DNA of 64,000 nt from the NCBI GenBank assembly GCA_965267575.1, contig OZ254086.1, positions 4,032,001 through 4,096,000 of the forward strand. The letters run 5' to 3'. The notes beneath the pieces were generated by a model that ran no database searches, was not told where the DNA came from, and saw nothing but the letters and a program-made list of their open reading frames with translations. Of this stretch, positions 9,594-18,526 are shown one piece after another. Position numbers and translations under genes: made by a program. Every line of letters begins with the position of its first letter. Position 1 is the first letter of the stretch. The DNA is from Calditrichales bacterium (GTDB lineage: Bacteria; Calditrichota; Calditrichia; Calditrichales; J004).

Positions 9594-10656
9594 ACTTCTT
9601 TTCTCCTTTATATCCTTCGGGATAATATACCCCTTGTGCTCCGCCGATTACCTGAATCGAATCCAGTTCACCCTGCCTAAAAAAAATAAAAATACTGTCT
9701 GCCGTCGCATAGCTTGTGCCCTGGTCTCCGGTTTCCTTCAAAAAGTAAAGGCTGCTGGCATTGTGACGCGAAACGATTCGGACAGGTTGCCTTTTTTGTA
9801 TAAAATATTCTATTTCGCGGCCGCGCAAACGGTTGTAATTATCGCTGACAGAATCGACGCGTGAAATGGCCTCGGCTTCCTCTTTCACATATATGTAATC
9901 GACCTCGTTGGAGTCAAAGTGAGCATTTATGAATTTGCCCGTGAGTTTGCTTTCGTCAATCCATGCACGGGGATTGCCGCGTAAACGGGCTTCTTCCGCT
10001 TTGCTCAGATAGCGGGCTGTATCGGCCAAAGCCAGAAGCGAACCGCGGGTAATGCGTACGCTATCTATGGCAACGGCGCTGCCACCGCCAGTGCGCAAAT
10101 AAGTAATATGAGCAGCCTTGACTGTAAACGTATCGCTGTCTTCATATTTTCGGAAAAGGGCGTTGCCGCTGGTCCGAAACACGGAATCCTTTTCGGAATA
10201 ATAGGCCTCGTCTCCCGTAATTTCCGCACTATCCGGATAATTGAACATGAAAACGTCTACTTTTGCTCGTGCTTCTTTTGTATCAAGATTGTAGCGTACA
10301 AATTGGGCAAAGAGCGAATCACTTTTGCTTCTAATGCGCACGCTTTTTTCCGCCTCCAGCACATCGCTGTTAACGTAATAGCGCATTTTGCCGGAGCGCA
10401 TGACCTTATGACCGTCGTCCACTTTGACGCGGCCAAACAGATCCAGCCTTTCCACGGCTTCATAATATTTGGCGCTGTCGCAATAAATATGAATCGTATC
10501 CTTTAAAACATGCACGTTACCCTTTAAGACCCGTAATTGCTGACCGGACTCTTTTCGGCCGATGTTACGATCCGCGTGTATTATTTGAAGCCGTGATGAT
10601 TGAAGCGCCCCCCACACCAAAGCGGCAACGGCAAGCACAATTAAGCCATGGCGCAT
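9583..10656 (-). CDS. LptA/OstA-like beta-jellyroll protein (extended)
   Basis: Signal peptide, repeated G.V/beta-strand OstA-like units, position between lptC and lptB. Confidence 0.8.
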   Translation of the reverse strand: MRHGLIVLAVAALVWGALQSSRLQIIHADRNIGRKESGQQLRVLKGNVHVLKDTIHIYCDSAKYYEAVERLDLFGRVKVDDGHKVMRSGKMRYYVNSDVLEAEKSVRIRSKSDSLFAQFVRYNLDTKEARAKVDVFMFNYPDSAEITGDEAYYSEKDSVFRTSGNALFRKYEDSDTFTVKAAHITYLRTGGGSAVAIDSVRITRGSLLALADTARYLSKAEEARLRGNPRAWIDESKLTGKFINAHFDSNEVDYIYVKEEAEAISRVDSVSDNYNRLRGREIEYFIQKRQPVRIVSRHNASSLYFLKETGDQGTSYATADSIFIFFRQGELDSIQVIGGAQGVYYPEGYKGEKKFGE

Positions 10657-10663
10657 GAAGATA

Positions 10664-11200
10664 TTACTTCCTTAGAACCCGGTTGGTCGATCCGCGGGAG
10701 TTCGTAATCTCGTAATTTTCCAGATTTGCGTCGCTGATAAAGCTGTCACCGTAAAGCGTGTCGCCTTCGGAAATTATTTTGACAGGAATGTGTGAAATGA
10801 TCTTTTGCGTATCGTTATTCCAGATCAGCGTGTCTGTATAAAGGGTCATGCCGGAATCGGAAACGACGACAACGTTGCCGTAGGCGGTCATATTCTGGTC
10901 GTTATCATTTACTTTGCCACCTTCGGAAGTTAACACGGAAGTGTGCTGACCTTCATTGTTAAAAAAATCAACCTTGAGGCCATCGCTGATCAATGTAAGG
11001 TTTTTAGAATTGTATTTTTCGATATGTGCCGCCCGGACGACTCCCACCTTACGCCCCTCATTGGTTATAACGAGATTGGCATCCCAGCTTTCCTGGTCGG
11101 GCAACAGTTCGTTGGTGTTGCTTTCAACGGTTTCTTCGCTTTCTCTCTGGCAGGCCGCCGCTAAAAGACAAACGGCCGTCAACAAAAATATCCATCTCAT
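10664..11200 (-). CDS. lptC: LPS export periplasmic protein LptC (lipoprotein)
   Basis: Lipobox-like AAAC, GNVVVVS..TLYTDTLIW; operon context. Confidence 0.85.
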   Translation of the reverse strand: MRWIFLLTAVCLLAAACQRESEETVESNTNELLPDQESWDANLVITNEGRKVGVVRAAHIEKYNSKNLTLISDGLKVDFFNNEGQHTSVLTSEGGKVNDNDQNMTAYGNVVVVSDSGMTLYTDTLIWNNDTQKIISHIPVKIISEGDTLYGDSFISDANLENYEITNSRGSTNRVLRK

Positions 11201-12162
11201 CAGGCGCTAATTCCTTCCTGCATCAGGTCATGTAAGTGAATAACCCCGTGTAAAACTTTCTCCTCATCAATTACCGGCATGGCGATAATGCGAAACTTTT
11301 CCATCTCCTTGTAGGCAAGAATGGCCAGTGTTTCCGGTTTGACCGTCTTTGGCGTTTTATTCATAACTGAAGCAACCGGGACAGTCATAAAGCTTTCATT
11401 GGTTTCCAGCAAACGGTTCAAATCACCGGTTGTAATTACGCCAACAAGCTTGTTGCTGTCGTCCACAACAGGACAAATACCGCGCTTGTGCGCCATCTCC
11501 ATCACCGCTGCGCGCATGGTATCATCAATTCGGCAAAAAGGCAGTTTGGCGCCGGTTTCCATAATATCACTAACACGCATAAGCAACTTTTTACCAAGCG
11601 AGCCTCCGGGGTGCAGCAAAGCAAAATCATCGGCACTGAAACCACGCGCTTCCAGCAAGGCAATCGCCAGGGCGTCACCCATAACCAGCGTTACCGTCGT
11701 ACTGGCCGTAGGCGCCAGATCATGCGGGCAGGCTTCTTCCTTTACGCTAATATCAAGAGATACGGCGGCATTGCGCGACAGAGTGGAATCACGGTTTCCG
11801 GTCATGGCAATAATCGGCACATCAAGACGTTTAAGCGCCGGCAGTATGTGCAGCAATTCCTGTGTCTCGCCGCTCTTGGAAATAGCAACTACCACATCAT
11901 CCTTATGCACCATGCCCAGATCTCCGTGCAGCCCTTCAGCGGGATGCAAAAAGTAGGAAGTGGTGCCCGTACTGGCCAGCGTGGCGGCCATTTTTTTTCC
12001 GATGGCACCGGATTTTCCCATACCGGATACAATCACGCGTCCCTTGCTGCGCAATATGGTATGAACGGCATTTTCAAAATTGACGCCTATTCTGTTTTCC
12101 AGATCCTGCAGCGCTTCACGCTCAATACGGATTACTTTACGTGCGGATTCCAAAATCGGCAT
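11200..12162 (-). CDS. kdsD: Arabinose-5-phosphate isomerase (KpsF/GutQ, SIS plus 2 CBS)
   Basis: GMGKSG, HPAEGLHGDLG, APTAST, HPGGSLG, CBS pair. Confidence 0.95.
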   Translation of the reverse strand: MPILESARKVIRIEREALQDLENRIGVNFENAVHTILRSKGRVIVSGMGKSGAIGKKMAATLASTGTTSYFLHPAEGLHGDLGMVHKDDVVVAISKSGETQELLHILPALKRLDVPIIAMTGNRDSTLSRNAAVSLDISVKEEACPHDLAPTASTTVTLVMGDALAIALLEARGFSADDFALLHPGGSLGKKLLMRVSDIMETGAKLPFCRIDDTMRAAVMEMAHKRGICPVVDDSNKLVGVITTGDLNRLLETNESFMTVPVASVMNKTPKTVKPETLAILAYKEMEKFRIIAMPVIDEEKVLHGVIHLHDLMQEGISA

Positions 12163-12179
12163 GTGCTGCTCTTCTCCTT

Positions 12180-12695
12180 TTAGCGACCCAGTTTTTCCAC
12201 AAGATTATGCAGCTTGCCCTGGGCCTTTAAAATCTTGTCAATTGTTTCGCGCACGGCGCCACGACCGCCATGCTGGATGGTTGTATAATCGCAGATAGCC
12301 TTAACATCATCACGTGCGTTGGCCACAGCCACCGAAAAACCGACCTGCTTCAAAACCGGCATGTCCTGTATGTCATCACCGATATAACAAATCTCTTCAT
12401 CACTTAAATCCAGCTCGCGCTTCAAATCGGTATAGGGTACACGCTTATCAAAATGGCCCTGCGAAATCCAATCATACTTCAATTCTGTGGCTCTTCTTTT
12501 AACCATCTCAGACAAGCGTCCCGTAATGATCGCCGTTTTTAAACCGGCCATACGCGCCATGGTTATACCCATCCCGTCCTGAATATGAAACTCCTTAATT
12601 TCCGAACCGGTCGAAGTATAAATGATGCGCCCGTCTGTCAGCACACCGTCAACATCCATGGCAATAAGCTTTATTTTAATCAGCTTTTCTTTCAT
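12180..12695 (-). CDS. kdsC: KDO-8-phosphate phosphatase (HAD family)
   Basis: DVDGVLTDG, IITGR, YIGDD, GGRGAVRE. Confidence 0.94.
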   Translation of the reverse strand: MKEKLIKIKLIAMDVDGVLTDGRIIYTSTGSEIKEFHIQDGMGITMARMAGLKTAIITGRLSEMVKRRATELKYDWISQGHFDKRVPYTDLKRELDLSDEEICYIGDDIQDMPVLKQVGFSVAVANARDDVKAICDYTTIQHGGRGAVRETIDKILKAQGKLHNLVEKLGR

Positions 12696-12697
12696 AT

Positions 12698-13546
12698 TTA
12701 CAAACCCATTTCGTCCCGGGCCATATGGGGCTTTATCAGCTTGTCGATAGCCGTAAGTTGGTTGAGAAGGTCTTCCAGACGCTGCAACGGCAGCATACTG
12801 GCGGCATCACAAAGGGCATTGTCACAATCCGGGTGCGTTTCAATAAAAACAGCATCAACACCGGCTGCCACACCCGCACGGCTCAGCCCGAAAATAAATT
12901 CTTTAGCGCCGCCCCGCTTGTCACTGCTGCTAACCCCGTATTTGCGAATAGCGTGTGTCGGGTCCAACACCACGGGATATCCTAAATCACGCATGATCTT
13001 CAGGTTGCGCATATCCATAACCAGGTTGTGATAGCCAAACATGTTACCGCGGTCAGTCAATAAAATGTTGTGATTGTTTTCCTGCTCGATTTTGCCTATA
13101 GCCGCTTTCAGGTCGCTGGCTGCCAAAAACTGCCCTTTTTTGACATTGATGGTTTTGCCGGTTTGGGCAACAGATTGTAAAAGTGTGGTCTGCATGGAGA
13201 GAAACGCCGGTATCTGGATAACGTCCAGCACTTCGGCACAGGCTTCGGCATCGTGCGCGTCATGGATATCGCTAAGCACGGGCAGTTCCAGCTCGTCCTT
13301 TACTTTTTGCAGAATGCGCAGGCCCTCCTCAAGGCCCGGTCCCTGGAAAGAAGTGGCCGAGGAACGGTTATCTTTGAGGTAAGAAGATTTAAAAATAAGC
13401 GGCATGTCCAGTTTATCGGCTATCGCTTTTACGCTTTCCGCCGTTTTCATAACCAGCTTTTCGCTTTCAATAACGCAGGGTCCAGCGATCAGCGCCAATG
13501 GGTGACCCTCTCCAATAGAAATATTGCCAATTTTTACAATCTGCAT
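12698..13546 (-). CDS. kdsA: 3-deoxy-8-phosphooctulonate synthase
   Basis: IAGPCVIES, KDNRSS, QIPAFL, VKKGQFL, DPTH, FIETHP. Confidence 0.95.
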   Translation of the reverse strand: MQIVKIGNISIGEGHPLALIAGPCVIESEKLVMKTAESVKAIADKLDMPLIFKSSYLKDNRSSATSFQGPGLEEGLRILQKVKDELELPVLSDIHDAHDAEACAEVLDVIQIPAFLSMQTTLLQSVAQTGKTINVKKGQFLAASDLKAAIGKIEQENNHNILLTDRGNMFGYHNLVMDMRNLKIMRDLGYPVVLDPTHAIRKYGVSSSDKRGGAKEFIFGLSRAGVAAGVDAVFIETHPDCDNALCDAASMLPLQRLEDLLNQLTAIDKLIKPHMARDEMGL

Positions 13547-13660
13547 CTATAACTCCGCTAAATAATTATAAATTCGAAATATACAGTTTTTATAACATTG
13601 CCGCAAAGACCGGACATATAATGCTTGCCTGATAATCACGGGTTTTTGCATATTGCCGCA

Positions 13661-14353
13661 ATGGAACTCTTTTACGCACACCCCGGCGATATTGATTCGG
13701 AATTTTTAAGCCTGGATGACTTTGAAACGCGTCATATCCGCAATACGTTGCGCAAGCGCCCCGGAGATGTAATTGTTGTAGGAGACGGCCGGGGAAAGCG
13801 ATACCACGCAGAGATTACGCGTCTGAAACCACAGATCACCTGCCGCATACAACAAGCCGAGGAACAACCTGCACCACCGGGCTTTGCTTTGGCACTAGGC
13901 TTCATCCGTCCCAACCGGCTGGAATGGATTTTGGAAAAAGCAACGGAATTGGGCGTAACCGATTTTCTGCTGGTACGCACGCGCCACAGCACGTATTTCA
14001 GCAATAATGCAGAGCGTTTTGAAAAAATTGTCCGCCAGGCGATGAAGCAATCTTTGCGCTTTTACAAACCCGCCGTTCACCTGTTACCGGACTTCCAATC
14101 ATTCCTTGACCAAAGCGTGGCTTTTCCATGGCGCGCTGCGGCCATCGACGAAAGCTGTCCGCCCCTGGCCGATCTGACACCGCAACCCGGCGCCCCTGTT
14201 TTAATAAGCATCGGTCCGGAAGGCGGTTTTGACGAGGAAGAGACAGCGGCCTTTGCCAAAAACGGCTTTCACAAAGTTTCGCTTGGGCCTAACCGGCTTC
14301 GCGCGGAGACAGCCGCGCTGGCAGCCTGCTCCTGGCTGATGCTGAAGCGCTAG
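13661..14353 (+). CDS. rsmE: 16S rRNA m3U1498 methyltransferase
   Basis: EKATELGV, IGPEGGF, LGPNRLRAETA. Confidence 0.95.
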   Translation: MELFYAHPGDIDSEFLSLDDFETRHIRNTLRKRPGDVIVVGDGRGKRYHAEITRLKPQITCRIQQAEEQPAPPGFALALGFIRPNRLEWILEKATELGVTDFLLVRTRHSTYFSNNAERFEKIVRQAMKQSLRFYKPAVHLLPDFQSFLDQSVAFPWRAAAIDESCPPLADLTPQPGAPVLISIGPEGGFDEEETAAFAKNGFHKVSLGPNRLRAETAALAACSWLMLKR

Positions 14354-14799
14354 ATCACCCGCAATTCATCTACCTTAAAGCTGCGCTCGCAATAGTCGCA
14401 ACGCAGGGCCACCGGCTGGCGCGATACTGTTGTGAAGCGCGTGGTCATCTCTTCTGCGTTGGTGATGCATTTGGGATTGGCACACTGAGCCAGACCGATG
14501 ATTTTTTCCGGAATCTGCACCACCCTTTTGTCCACGACCTGGTAATCGCGGATAATAATAACGTTGGCCGTCGGGGCAATCAACGCAATACTGTTAACTT
14601 CCGCCGGGGTCAGCTCGCGCCCTTCGATCTTCACAATGTCTTTGCGGCCGTGTTTCTTGCTGGCAAAATTTATGCCCACCGTAACAATATCATCCGCCCT
14701 GGGCTTAATGATACTTACAACCTTGAGCGCTTTGTTAGCCGGAATGTGATCGATGACCGTGCCTTCTTTGATCGGGTCTACCTTAAGCTTTTTCATCAT
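14350..14799 (-). CDS. pyrI: Aspartate carbamoyltransferase regulatory subunit
   Basis: GTVIDHI, KDIVKIE, C.NP.CI and C.YC zinc site. Confidence 0.96.
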   Translation of the reverse strand: MMKKLKVDPIKEGTVIDHIPANKALKVVSIIKPRADDIVTVGINFASKKHGRKDIVKIEGRELTPAEVNSIALIAPTANVIIIRDYQVVDKRVVQIPEKIIGLAQCANPKCITNAEEMTTRFTTVSRQPVALRCDYCERSFKVDELRVI

Positions 14800-15698
14800 A
14801 AGGCCTCCAGCAGGGTTGAAAGTATCGCCTGACGCATATAGACGCCGTTTCCGGCCTGCTCGAAATAATAGGCCGAAGGAAGCTTGTCTACATCGGGATG
14901 GATTTCATTGACGCGTGGCAAGGGATGCAGAATTTTGAAATTCTTTTTAACACTTTCCAGCTGCGCCGCGTGGATGATGTAGGCGTTTTTGACCTTTTCA
15001 TATTCCTGCGGGTCGGCAAAGCGCTCTCTTTGGATACGTGTCACATACATAATATCCAGGTCGCTCACAATGTCCTCAAAAGTTTCGCGCTGCTCAAAAG
15101 GAATTTCCATCTTCTGCAGATCATCTGTTATATACGGCGGCATAGCAAGTGATTCCGGAGAAACGAAATAAAAGCGCGGTGAAAAATAAGAGAGGGCGTA
15201 AACGAGCGAATGCACCGTGCGGCCATATTTCAGATCACCAACCATGGCGATGTTAAGATCCTGCAGAGTACCTTGTGTTTTGAATATGGAATACATGTCC
15301 AAAAGCGATTGCGTCGGGTGCTGATTGGAGCCGTCGCCGGCGTTAACAACCGGCACATCCACCTGCTCCGAGATGTAGCGCGCCGCTCCCTCATTGGGGT
15401 GGCGAACGACGATAATGTCGGCATACTGGTTGACCACGCGCACCGTGTCGGAGAGGGTTTCGCCCTTTTCCACGGAAGTGCCCTTGGTGCCGGACATGGT
15501 GATCACTTCCCCTCCCAGCCGCTTCATAGCGGTGTCAAACGAGAGCTGCGTCCGGGTGGACGGCTCAAAAAAAAGCGAACCCATAACACGACCTTCCAGT
15601 CGCGGTCTGAGCTCGCCTTTTTCGATGCGCTCTGCTTTGGAGACAAGATCAAGTATCTGTTCCTTTCGCAGGTCGCGCATGGATATCAGATTTTTCAT
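14796..15698 (-). CDS. pyrB: Aspartate carbamoyltransferase catalytic subunit
   Basis: FFEPSTRT, HPTQ, GDLKYGRTVHSL, HPLPR. Confidence 0.97.
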   Translation of the reverse strand: MKNLISMRDLRKEQILDLVSKAERIEKGELRPRLEGRVMGSLFFEPSTRTQLSFDTAMKRLGGEVITMSGTKGTSVEKGETLSDTVRVVNQYADIIVVRHPNEGAARYISEQVDVPVVNAGDGSNQHPTQSLLDMYSIFKTQGTLQDLNIAMVGDLKYGRTVHSLVYALSYFSPRFYFVSPESLAMPPYITDDLQKMEIPFEQRETFEDIVSDLDIMYVTRIQRERFADPQEYEKVKNAYIIHAAQLESVKKNFKILHPLPRVNEIHPDVDKLPSAYYFEQAGNGVYMRQAILSTLLEAL

Positions 15699-15708
15699 GG
15701 CGCTTTCC

Positions 15709-17103
15709 TTAAATACGACCGTTTTCTTTTAATGCCTGCCAGGCCTTCTCGCGATAGCTCGCCGCGGTCTTTGCAGGATCTTTTGCCTGGATAATGCCCC
15801 GGCCGACAATGATGAAATCGGCCCCGCCGGCCACTGCCTGGTCCACGCTTACGTAGCGCTGTCCGAGGTCATCGCCGCTGGATTCCATATTCACGCCGGG
15901 CATCAGCAACAACATGTGTGAGGGTATCAACTGGCGCAGCTTCAATAACTCCGCCGGGGTTTGCGCAAATCCGATAAAGCCGCTTACCCAGCCCGGGTTG
16001 CGTACGCCCATTTCGATTGTCTTTCTGCCATAGGTACTGTCCAGCAGGTTGCCTTCGGCGGACATTGCCGCCAGCAAAAAGGCAGCGGCATTTTGTTTGG
16101 TATCGCGGAATAATCCTTGCAGGATACCTTCGCCGGGCAGAGCATGTACTGTTACCGCGTCCGCCCACTCCGCGATATGATATACGCCCTCAGTAAACTG
16201 CTTGCGCACCGTACTGCCGATATCCGCGAATTTTCGATCTTCAAAAATAAGAAAATTATGCCTGGCGGCAGCCTCACGCAGGCGTTTTGCAAATGAAGTA
16301 TCAAAATCTTTCAAAATATCGACATGGGTCTTTAACATCACGATCTCGCCGGCGACCTTTTCAAGCATATCAAAAAAGCCGCTCATATTATCAACATCCA
16401 GTGACAAAACGAGGTTGCTTTTCTTTTCGAGTGCCTTTTTCAGCAGCCTTTGCGTAACCGGGTTGGAGCTTTCCGCGGCCATATCTGCGAAGCGCGGCAG
16501 CTTTTGCTCGGGCGGATTGCTCAAAAAGGCAACCACATTGTTTTTATCCTGCCGGCCGATTTTGCCGCTTTCCAGCAGCTCATCCACAATATCCATCACC
16601 GAAAGGATGCGATGCAGCGTGTAGCCTTTATTTCGCATCCACTCTTCGCCGTTAAAACTGCGGTCAACGATAATCACAAAGTCGCTCACTTCAATACCCG
16701 CCTGTTTCAGGGCGTCGGCCGTTTCCAGCTTGCTCTCGCCGGTAGTCATCACATCATCGATGACAATACAGCGGTCGCCTTTTTTAAAATGCCCTTCGAT
16801 TAGCTTGGACGTGCCGTAGGCTTTGGCTTCCTTGCGCTGATAGACCAGTGGTTTGTTGAGCCGGTCAGCGAGAATGGCGGCGACGGGCAAAGCGGTGTAG
16901 GGTATACCGGTGATCAGTTCAAAGGAGCTTTCGGCCACCTTCTCCTCCAGCAGTCGCACAATGCGGTCCATTACCCGGGGATAGGAAATGATAGCCCGCA
17001 GATCGATATAAAAAGGCGATGTTAATCCCGACTTCAGCCGGAAAGAACCAAACTTAACGGCGCCGATTTCATGCAGGTCGTGAATCAATTCTTTTTTATG
17101 CAA
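15709..17103 (-). CDS. pyrEF: Bifunctional orotate phosphoribosyltransferase / OMP decarboxylase (UMP synthase, PyrE-PyrF fusion)
   Basis: N-terminal LKSG..SPFYIDLR, RKEAKAYG, VIDDVMTTG; C-terminal LKTHVD, IFEDRKFADIG, PGV, GQRY, IIVGRGI; probable TTG start at 17103 overlapping the pyrC end. Confidence 0.93.
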   Translation of the reverse strand: MHKKELIHDLHEIGAVKFGSFRLKSGLTSPFYIDLRAIISYPRVMDRIVRLLEEKVAESSFELITGIPYTALPVAAILADRLNKPLVYQRKEAKAYGTSKLIEGHFKKGDRCIVIDDVMTTGESKLETADALKQAGIEVSDFVIIVDRSFNGEEWMRNKGYTLHRILSVMDIVDELLESGKIGRQDKNNVVAFLSNPPEQKLPRFADMAAESSNPVTQRLLKKALEKKSNLVLSLDVDNMSGFFDMLEKVAGEIVMLKTHVDILKDFDTSFAKRLREAAARHNFLIFEDRKFADIGSTVRKQFTEGVYHIAEWADAVTVHALPGEGILQGLFRDTKQNAAAFLLAAMSAEGNLLDSTYGRKTIEMGVRNPGWVSGFIGFAQTPAELLKLRQLIPSHMLLLMPGVNMESSGDDLGQRYVSVDQAVAGGADFIIVGRGIIQAKDPAKTAASYREKAWQALKENGRI

Positions 17104-18388
17104 ACTCAACTTCTTTTCCTTTATTATCCAGGCACTTCTCACCATCAAAAACCAATGTGCCGTTTACGAATGTTTTTTTAACCTTTCCCTTCAGCGTAAG
17201 TCCGCTAAACGGCGAATAGCGTGCTTTTGTAAAAAAATGTACCGGGTCAACCGTCCAGCTTTCATTCAAATCGACCAGGGCTATATCCGCCCAGTAACCG
17301 GGCATCAGGTGTCCCCTGTCCTTAATCTCAAATATGCGTGCGGGGTTATGGCACATCAAGTCCTCCAGCCGTCGCAGCGTAATATCACCGCGATGCACCA
17401 TTTGCAACATCAGCGCCAGGCTGGTTTCCAGTCCGGGAAAACCGGCAGGAGCTTCGTGGTAAGGTCTGTTTTTTTCATCCAGTCCGTGTGGCGCGTGGTC
17501 GGTGCCGATTGTATCCACGGTGCCGTCCATAATGGCTTCATACAGCGCGGTATTGTCCTTGCTTGTGCGCAACGGCGGATTCACTTTTCCATAGTTACCG
17601 GCCCGCACCAAAATATCTTCATTAATAAAAAGATGATGCGGCGTAACCTCGCAATAAACATTATCGATGCCCGATTGCCTCGCCGCCCGGATAAGCTCGA
17701 CCTCTTCCGCGCAGCTCACATGCACGATATAAAGCCGCGTTCCTATTTCAGCGGCCAGAGACAGCAATCGCTCCGTCGCTTTTATCGCGCAGACACGGTT
17801 GCGGATTTTGTCGTGGTTGGCAATAAGCGGTTCATACTGTTTCTCGTGCTTTTCCACGCAGGACTGCAGTTCGCTGTGTACCATCAACGGTTTATCCATT
17901 TCGTAGCAGAGATAAAACACGTCGCGCACGCGTTCGATGTCTTCCACCACGTAACCGCTGCTGGATTCTGCCATAAACATTTTCACGGCGTTTACAGGTC
18001 CGGCATTGCGCACGTCATCGTGGTTGTTTTCCGTAACGCCAAAATTGTAGCCATAGTTAACGATGCTTTTCGAGGCGGCCCGCCGCTTAATCTCAAGACT
18101 GGCCTGGTCAAAAGTGGCCGGCCGGGTGTTGGGCATGTCAAAAATACTGCAAACACCGCCGGCGGCAGCAGCCTGCGAAGCACTTAACCAGTCTTCCTTG
18201 TGGCTTAGCTGCATATCACGGATATGCGTATGCACATCGATTATGCCCGGCAAGGCCAGCAAATTACCACCGTCAAAAACGTCGCCATGCTGCGATGAGT
18301 CGATTTTGCCAACTTTAGTGACGCGCCCGTTTTCAATCTCAATCGATACATTGTGGCCGTTGGAAAGCCGCACATTCTTAATCAGCAA
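17096..18388 (-). CDS. pyrC: Dihydroorotase
   Basis: PGIIDVHTH, DMPNT, EVTPHHL, KVNPPLR, TDHAPH; probable TTG start at 18388 after GAAAGG (ORF is open to 18406). Confidence 0.95.
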   Translation of the reverse strand: MLIKNVRLSNGHNVSIEIENGRVTKVGKIDSSQHGDVFDGGNLLALPGIIDVHTHIRDMQLSHKEDWLSASQAAAAGGVCSIFDMPNTRPATFDQASLEIKRRAASKSIVNYGYNFGVTENNHDDVRNAGPVNAVKMFMAESSSGYVVEDIERVRDVFYLCYEMDKPLMVHSELQSCVEKHEKQYEPLIANHDKIRNRVCAIKATERLLSLAAEIGTRLYIVHVSCAEEVELIRAARQSGIDNVYCEVTPHHLFINEDILVRAGNYGKVNPPLRTSKDNTALYEAIMDGTVDTIGTDHAPHGLDEKNRPYHEAPAGFPGLETSLALMLQMVHRGDITLRRLEDLMCHNPARIFEIKDRGHLMPGYWADIALVDLNESWTVDPVHFFTKARYSPFSGLTLKGKVKKTFVNGTLVFDGEKCLDNKGKEVEFA

Positions 18389-18482
18389 AACAAACCTTTC
18401 GGACAAAAAAAAGGCATCCCTTCACCGAAGCGGCAGGATGCCTTACATCATCATTTTTGGAGTTTATATATGAAAGTTTCAT
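18378..18482 (-). promoter_or_regulatory. Putative pyr operon attenuator: 34-codon leader ORF crossing an intrinsic terminator
   Basis: Leader MKLSYINSKNDDVRHPAASVKGCLFFVRKVCFAD*; hairpin AAGGCATCC...GGATGCCTT followed by a U-tract immediately before the pyrC RBS. Confidence 0.55.
18405..18444 (-). terminator. Intrinsic terminator directly upstream of pyrC
   Basis: Minus strand aaggcatcc-tgccgcttcggtgaag-ggatgcctt-tttttt. Confidence 0.8.
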
Positions 18483-18526
18483 CGGCGCACAATATCGCAA
18501 ATATTGCACCAGAAAATCAAAATATT

